Source: Pullulanibacillus camelliae
GTDB lineage: Bacteria; Bacillota; Bacilli; Bacillales; Sporolactobacillaceae
Direction of reading: 5' to 3'
Length of the DNA stretch: 24,000 bases
Assembly: GCF_014642655.1 (NCBI RefSeq)
Contig: NZ_BMIR01000001.1
Coordinates: forward strand, 87,518 to 111,517
Under the pieces are notes generated by a model, which did no database searches, had not been told where the DNA came from, and worked only from the letters and a program-made list of their open reading frames with translations. Below are positions 18,975 to 24,000 of the stretch, piece after piece. Numbering within the stretch: position 1 is the stretch's first letter; each line of letters starts with the position of its first letter. The position numbers and the translations under genes were made by a program.

Positions 18975-19067
18975 AAAAAAAAAGACTCGTCAATTTGTGA
19001 AACAACCTAAAAGGTTAGATAATAACTAACATTTGGGGCATAAGTTCACGACATGATGAGTCTTTTT
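18975..19067 (+). terminator. Unusually long composite hairpin ending in a U-tract, downstream of the BASS gene (complex terminator or structured 3' RNA)
   Basis: The outer arm AAAGACTCGTCA (18981-18992) pairs with TGATGAGTCTTT (19054-19065), with one G-U. An A9 run flanks it on one side and T5 on the other. The inner pairs are TTGTGAA/TTCACGA and a small AACCT-AAA-AGGTT hairpin. Confidence 0.5.
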
Positions 19068-19482
19068 AAATGATAAGAATGTACAACCTTGTTAACTAAT
19101 CTTATAAGGGTGCTCATATAAGTTTAGGCTTTGACCTTCACCGCCTAAAGCTTGGTGTCCCCTTAATGTGTGATTTGAAATATCACATCAGGAGTGCCAA
19201 TACGGTAAAAAAACAAGTTTTCTAACGCTTTCACTGGATAATATCCATATGTAACACTTAAAATCACACTTAATTCTTAGTATATTTCTCGTTTATATTG
19301 GTTTTTTTAAGCGTGCGATTGCCGACTGATCAAAGCTTCCCACTCCTATCTATAAATAAACGGATAATTCCATAAATTTAGACTTCCCGCAAATATGTTT
19401 ACATTATTAGCCAAGGGTGTTTATCATATCTATAAAGTGTTTTAATGCACTAAATCGTTTTTTTATGAAAGAAGGAAATTCG

Positions 19483-20301
19483 ATGACTGAAGAGTGGCTG
19501 TATATCGATACTGGTGATCAATCCGCATCCTTTAACATGGCCTTTGATGAGACCTTATTAAATTGGGTCCATCAGGGAAGACTTAAGCCAATCCTTAGGT
19601 TTTATGGATGGAACCCTGCAGCGCTATCTCTCGGCTATTTTCAAAAAACAAAAAATCGCATTGATGTTGACGCAACCAAAAGACACGGATTTGATATTGT
19701 CAGACGGCCTACTGGAGGATTAGCGGTTTTACATGACAAGGAATTAACTTATAGTGTTATTATTAGTGAAAGTCATCCTAAAATGCCCTCCTCTATTACA
19801 CAGGCTTATAGGGTTTTATCTCAAGGGTTATTGAAAGGCTATCAAGCCTTGAGCATTTCAGCAGAACTCGCTGAACCAGAAAACATTCCAGGAAAATCAG
19901 GCACAGCGGTTTGCTTCGAGGAGCCTTCGTGGTATGAATTAGTCATTGACGGACGCAAGGCTGCTGGCAGTGCACAAACACGCCAAAAAGGCGTGATCTT
20001 ACAACATGGCTCGATTCCACTCGAAATTGATGATAACGTTCTATTTGATCTATTTGCTTTTCCAAATGAAAAAATTAGAGCGCGTGCTAGGAAAGCCTTT
20101 GGAGATAAGGCTGTTGCCATTAATCAAATCTTAGAACTCCCTGTTTCATTAGAGGAGGTTAAGACCGCCTTTAAAAAAGGCTTTGAAGAGGGATTGGAGA
20201 TTAAACTCGTTCCTTATGAACCCGAAAAAGAATTATTAGAAGAGGCCCGTCAGCTTGCTAAAGAGAAGTACGAAAACCCTGAATATACTTTCTCACGCTA
20301 G
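19483..20301 (+). CDS. lipM: Octanoyltransferase LipM (octanoyl-ACP:GcvH transferase; LplA/LipB fold)
   Basis: 272 aa counted from the ATG at 19483, with AGAAGGA upstream. From memory there is strong similarity to B. subtilis LipM. Matching stretches are [16 protein letters not shown] and [20 protein letters not shown]. The stretch [35 protein letters not shown] contains the catalytic Cys. Confidence 0.8.
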   Translation: MTEEWLYIDTGDQSASFNMAFDETLLNWVHQGRLKPILRFYGWNPAALSLGYFQKTKNRIDVDATKRHGFDIVRRPTGGLAVLHDKELTYSVIISESHPKMPSSITQAYRVLSQGLLKGYQALSISAELAEPENIPGKSGTAVCFEEPSWYELVIDGRKAAGSAQTRQKGVILQHGSIPLEIDDNVLFDLFAFPNEKIRARARKAFGDKAVAINQILELPVSLEEVKTAFKKGFEEGLEIKLVPYEPEKELLEEARQLAKEKYENPEYTFSR

Positions 20302-20312
20302 GAGTGATCGAT

Positions 20313-21239
20313 ATGTCCACTAATAATGAAGGCTATCAAAGAAAGCCTGAATGGTTGAAAATTAAACTGAATACAAATAAGAGCTACAAAAGCTTAAAGA
20401 AAATGATGCGTGAAAATCGTCTACATACGGTCTGCGAAGAAGCCAAATGTCCAAATATTCATGAGTGCTGGGCTAGCAGAAAAACCGCTACCTTTATGAT
20501 CCTAGGGAATATTTGCACAAGGGGCTGCCGTTTTTGTGCAGTTCAAACCGGTAGACCTACTGAGCTTGACTGGCAAGAACCAGAAAGAGTCGCTGCTTCT
20601 GTTGAAACAATGGGTCTCCGTCATGTCGTTGTTACTGCCGTTGCTCGCGATGATTTACAAGATGGTGGTGCTGCTGTCTTTGCTGAAACGATTCGTGCGA
20701 TCCGTCGCCGCGTGCCAAATTGTACGGTTGAAGTCCTCCCTTCTGACATGAAGGGCGACTATGAAAGCCTGAAAACTCTTATGGACGCCAAGCCAGATAT
20801 CTTTAATCATAATATCGAAACTGTGCGTCGCTTAACCAAGCGCGTCCGTGCGCGTGCAACCTATGACCGTTCCTTAGAATTATTAAAACGCGTTAAAGAT
20901 ATGAGTCCTGAATTGCCAACGAAATCCAGTATGATGCTTGGACTTGGTGAAACCAAAGAAGAAGTACTCGAAGCCATGGATGACTTACTTGCCCATAAAG
21001 TTGATATTCTGACATTAGGTCAATATTTACAACCAACTAAAAAGCATCTTAATGTCGAACGTTACGTTCATCCCGATGAGTTTGATGAATTTAAAAAGAT
21101 CGCACTGGAAAAGGGCTTTCGTCATTGTGAATCCGGTCCTATGGTTCGCTCTTCCTATCATGCCGATGAACAAGTCAACGAAACGGCTCGTCGTCGCCAA
21201 TTGATGAAGGAATGGAAGAAAATAGAGGAAGCGAGGTAA
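20313..21239 (+). CDS. lipA: Lipoyl synthase LipA (radical SAM)
   Basis: It contains [12 protein letters not shown], the auxiliary cluster motif [12 protein letters not shown] and the radical-SAM motif CTRGCRFC, and ends with [10 protein letters not shown]. The SD AGGAG overlaps the lipM stop codon, 8 nt before the ATG. Confidence 0.95.
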   Translation: MSTNNEGYQRKPEWLKIKLNTNKSYKSLKKMMRENRLHTVCEEAKCPNIHECWASRKTATFMILGNICTRGCRFCAVQTGRPTELDWQEPERVAASVETMGLRHVVVTAVARDDLQDGGAAVFAETIRAIRRRVPNCTVEVLPSDMKGDYESLKTLMDAKPDIFNHNIETVRRLTKRVRARATYDRSLELLKRVKDMSPELPTKSSMMLGLGETKEEVLEAMDDLLAHKVDILTLGQYLQPTKKHLNVERYVHPDEFDEFKKIALEKGFRHCESGPMVRSSYHADEQVNETARRRQLMKEWKKIEEAR

Positions 21240-21278
21240 ATCTCCTTCTCAGTCACTTGATAAACCCTTACTCCACCT

Positions 21279-21325
21279 GCACCCCCAATTTTTAGGTTCG
21301 CCTTAAAATTGGAGGTGCGTTTTTA
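21279..21325 (+). terminator. Rho-independent terminator of lipM-lipA
   Basis: GCACCCCCAATTTT pairs with AAAATTGGAGGTGC (14 bp with one mismatch, 12-nt loop). GTTTTTA follows. Confidence 0.75.
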
Positions 21326-21380
21326 TGGACACAGAGAAACACCTGGCTCTGGAGCCTCTTCTCTAGCTTGATGCCATTGA

Positions 21381-21610
21381 CTTTGGTTATTTTTTGGAAG
21401 GCTTTTGTTAAATTGGGCATACCAGTTGTTACGCTCACACCTTGATTTCCGAAACTTGTATCCTTGGATGAATTCTCCTTTTGGTAACTTGGGGCTCTAT
21501 GTGTTATTTTGGTCGAGACCTTTGTTAAAATGTCCACGTCTTTAGTTACGTTCACCCTTTGATCTGGGAGCGCCCACCTTTTGTCGTGCTATCCCCCAAC
21601 TGATCCTATC
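21381..21610. repeat. Degenerate tandem direct repeat, period 117 bp, two clear units with a possible third weaker unit upstream
   Basis: GTTATTTT, TTTGTTAAA, GTTACG and TTGAT each recur at an offset of exactly 117 nt (for example 21404-21412 versus 21521-21529, and 21428-21433 versus 21545-21550). By eye, 31 of 43 positions are identical over 21404-21446 versus 21521-21563. Confidence 0.6.
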
Positions 21611-21650
21611 ACACGATTACAGGCCCTTCTCATGCCTCTTCGTCTACAAA

Positions 21651-21679
21651 TTGACAAATGATACGCGGTCGTTTATTGT
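21651..21679 (+). promoter_or_regulatory. Candidate sigma-A promoter of the prepilin peptidase gene
   Basis: TTGACA (21651-21656), then a 17-nt spacer, then TATTGT (21674-21679). It lies about 37 nt upstream of the GTG start. Confidence 0.35.
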
Positions 21680-21715
21680 AATTTATGAATCCCCTTACAC
21701 TAACTCCTCATAAAG

Positions 21716-22504
21716 GTGTGTGATACTATCCTCTTCCTTTACATCTACTTCTTCCTCTTTGGACTTATCATGGGGTCCTTCTTTACCCTTGTCAGTTTCC
21801 GGCTTCCCCTTGGCAATTCCATCATCCATCCACCCTCGCATTGTGACTTTTGTGAGCGAAGATTGACAGTTTCAGAGCTCATTCCTATTCTCTCTTTTCT
21901 TCTGCTAAAGGGAAAATGCCAAACCTGTTCACAGCGTATTCCCATCACTTATCCACTGATTGAATGTTTCACAGGTCTGCTTTATATCTTTATCCTCTAT
22001 TATTGCCTGCACCATCACCAGCCCCTGCTACTCCCTATTTCCCTAAGCTTCAGTGCTATGCTGATTATTTTAACCCTGTCAGATTTGACATATTTTTTAG
22101 TTCCCAATAAGCTCTTACTCTTTTTTATCCTGTTATTTGGCCTTCTTCACCTCCTTTTCACCTGGAATTCATGGGCGGAAGCCCTCTTAGGGGCATGTAT
22201 CAGCCTCATCCTCTTATTCTTAGCCTCTCTGGTCATCAAAAATGGTATGGGTTACGGGGATATCAAGCTATTTGGTGTGCTAGGTTTTGTTTTGGGATGG
22301 AAGGATAGCCTTTTAGCACTCTTTATTGCTTGCTTTGTTGGAATGGGGATCACTTTTTTGGCCCAACTGCTACGAAAGAGAAAAAGAAAAGGACCGATCC
22401 CATTTGTTCCATTCCTTGCTATTGGCGCATTTACTGCCTTTTTCTATGGGGACAGTCTCCTGCAGGCCTACGTCTCTTTTGTTAAGGATCTGCTTCTTTT
22501 CTAG
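21716..22504 (+). CDS. comC: Type IV prepilin peptidase / late-competence leader peptidase (A24 family, ComC/PilD-like)
   Basis: 262 aa. The N-terminal Cys motifs are PPSHCDFCERRL and KGKCQTCSQRI. The active-site Asp contexts are LTLSDLTYFLVPN and GMGYGDIKLFGVLG. GTG at 21716 is the only start codon in frame after the stop at 21701. Confidence 0.8.
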   Translation: MCDTILFLYIYFFLFGLIMGSFFTLVSFRLPLGNSIIHPPSHCDFCERRLTVSELIPILSFLLLKGKCQTCSQRIPITYPLIECFTGLLYIFILYYCLHHHQPLLLPISLSFSAMLIILTLSDLTYFLVPNKLLLFFILLFGLLHLLFTWNSWAEALLGACISLILLFLASLVIKNGMGYGDIKLFGVLGFVLGWKDSLLALFIACFVGMGITFLAQLLRKRKRKGPIPFVPFLAIGAFTAFFYGDSLLQAYVSFVKDLLLF

Positions 22505-22604
22505 TTAAAAACCTGCATCTCAAATGACAAAAGATCCCTTCTTTATCACTCGTCAACCATTTTCAATAAAATCATTAGCTGATTCTCACTAAAGCCTACC
22601 TTCT

Positions 22605-23654
22605 TTAGATCAAATAGAAGCAAAACGCCATAGCAATATATGTGCCTATGAGTAATGCCCCTTCAAACCAATTGGTATCTCCATCATTTGTAATGGAGAT
22701 AGTCATAAGCACAGCTATAATCATGGCAACCAGTTCTGTTGTATTAAAAACAAGGGGCAAAAAGGTATACAGCCATGAGACAAGTACAAGGACTGGAGCG
22801 ACAAACATCGCCGTTTGCACGGTCGAACCAATGGCGATTTCCATCATCACATCCATGCGATTTTGATAGGCCATATAGATCGCCGACACATATTCGGCTG
22901 CACTTCCTACCACCGCTACAACAATAATGCCAATAAATACATCACTCCAGCCTAGAGCATTGCCGACAGGCTCAATCGTCCCCACTAATTTTTCACTTAT
23001 ATATCCAAGAACCACTGTCGCCGCTCCGAGAATGAGCATTGCTTTCCCCATCGACCATTCTGGCTTTTCCGTCTCTAGTTGTGCTTCTCCTTCACCTACG
23101 TAAGCTCCCTTATGGGTCACCAATTTGAAAAATAAAGCTAAAAGATATAGCAGGATCATGACAATGGCAAAGGCTGTTGATAAAAAATGCATATTCTCTG
23201 TGCTCATCCGCTTGGCAAAAATAAAGGGCAACACAAAAGTTACAGCAATCGCAAACATGAGTAACCCCGTATTATGTCGTGCTTTAAAGACGTTAAAATT
23301 TTGTCGTTTGAACCTTAAGCCACCTATCAAAATAGATAGCCCACCAGCAAAGAGCAGATTGACTAAAACGACACCCGTTATTGAAGAAATCACGACTGTA
23401 TTCAATCCTTCACGCAAAGCAAAAAACGAGATAATAATCTCTGCAGCATTACCGAAGGTTGCGTTTAAAAGGCCTCCTACGGTATCTCCCACCACAGCCG
23501 CTAAGCTTTCTGTCGAACGGCGAATATAATTGGCCAAACTAATGATCGTCACGCAATAAAAAACAAACATCATGATATCATTCCATTTTAATACATGGCC
23601 AACGATAGAAAGCGGAACACCTATCAACATAAGAATAAAAAATAATCGATTCAT
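22605..23654 (-). CDS. chaA: Ca2+/H+ antiporter (CaCA family, ChaA/YfkE-like)
   Basis: 349 aa counted from the ATG at 23654, with GGAGG 5 nt upstream. The two alpha-repeat motifs are GNAAEIIISFFAL and GSAAEYVSAIYMA, and there are 11 predicted TM segments. The ORF-track N-terminal extension has no SD. Confidence 0.85.
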   Translation of the reverse strand: MNRLFFILMLIGVPLSIVGHVLKWNDIMMFVFYCVTIISLANYIRRSTESLAAVVGDTVGGLLNATFGNAAEIIISFFALREGLNTVVISSITGVVLVNLLFAGGLSILIGGLRFKRQNFNVFKARHNTGLLMFAIAVTFVLPFIFAKRMSTENMHFLSTAFAIVMILLYLLALFFKLVTHKGAYVGEGEAQLETEKPEWSMGKAMLILGAATVVLGYISEKLVGTIEPVGNALGWSDVFIGIIVVAVVGSAAEYVSAIYMAYQNRMDVMMEIAIGSTVQTAMFVAPVLVLVSWLYTFLPLVFNTTELVAMIIAVLMTISITNDGDTNWFEGALLIGTYIAMAFCFYLI

Positions 23655-23898
23655 CGCAACCTCCGACTCGTTTATCTCTCTACTCCTTCTTAGCATGGAC
23701 GCTTTCAAAGAGGGATATGCATAGCCAGATGTGAGAAGAGAACCTAATTTCACTGGCACGCTCCACCTTTCCAGACGTAGGCACCTGGAGGGGAGGATTA
23801 ATGTAACCGTTCACTAGAACATACCCATAAAAAAATTTTTTTCTTTGCCGCATCAAGGGTGTAAGCGCAACCTCTTCTCCTGAAATACAAAATGAGGA

Positions 23899-23927
23899 TT
23901 GACAGATTTTCTTACGCGAGATATTAT
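23899..23927 (+). promoter_or_regulatory. Sigma-A-type promoter firing rightward out of the window
   Basis: TTGACA (23899-23904), then a 17-nt spacer, then TATTAT (23922-23927). The target gene lies beyond position 24000. Confidence 0.5.
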
Positions 23928-24000
23928 TAATCTCGTTAACTTTACAAAAGTTTATAGACACCTAAGAGAAACCTATCCGTTCTCTTTCCTGTATGACATA

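Noticed and set aside
19169-19187. A CRP/Fnr-like site, TGTGA...TCACA
   Set aside because: The half-sites are separated by 9 nt rather than the canonical 6 nt, and the site is not positioned relative to a convincing promoter.
21292-21555. The 87-aa minus-strand ORF considered as a real protein-coding gene
   Set aside because: It has a GTG start with AAAGG abutting it and no proper SD spacing. It overlaps the lipA terminator and has no recognisable domain. I keep it only as part of the repeat finding.
23655-23830. A yybP-ykoY (Mn2+) riboswitch upstream of the cation antiporter gene
   Set aside because: A GGAGUAG string is present, but it lies only about 25 nt from the start codon. The UUGACAUA and AGCAAGACC conserved segments are missing, and the element order does not fit.
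23680-23961. A 93-aa minus-strand ORF and the 35-aa N-terminal extension of the chaA ORF
   Set aside because: Neither has an SD. The chaA homolog N-terminus and a GGAGG SD support the ATG at 23654. The 93-aa ORF spans a promoter, a hairpin and the A7T7 tract.

Overview
This window reads as ordinary chromosome from a low-GC Firmicute of the Bacillaceae type. The gene content resembles Bacillus YkpA, YocS, YfkE/ChaA, LipM, LipA, ComC, YvpB, YitT and YndM. I support 22 CDS. They comprise a LacI-regulated CUT1-type sugar ABC operon (regulator, binding protein, truncated permease), a YitT-like membrane protein and a YvpB-like C39 peptidase lipoprotein. Next come an ABC-F ATPase, a sodium:solute symporter with a small membrane partner, a DUF2512-like membrane protein and a YkuD-like L,D-transpeptidase-fold protein. 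The remainder are a UPF0718 permease, a lactonase, a ROK fructokinase, an Opp/Dpp-type ABC importer with no ATPase genes, a BASS transporter, lipM-lipA, a prepilin peptidase and a Ca2+/H+ antiporter. I found no rRNA, tRNA, CRISPR array, transposase, integrase or recognisable defence genes, and no convincing novel multi-gene system. The leads are modest. They are a dual-operator long-leader control region, the ATPase-less importer cluster beside sugar-type enzymes, a degenerate 117-bp tandem repeat between lipA and comC, several structured non-coding stretches, and an ABC-F protein with one degenerate ATP site. All family calls come from reading the translations and recalling motifs. No database search was run.
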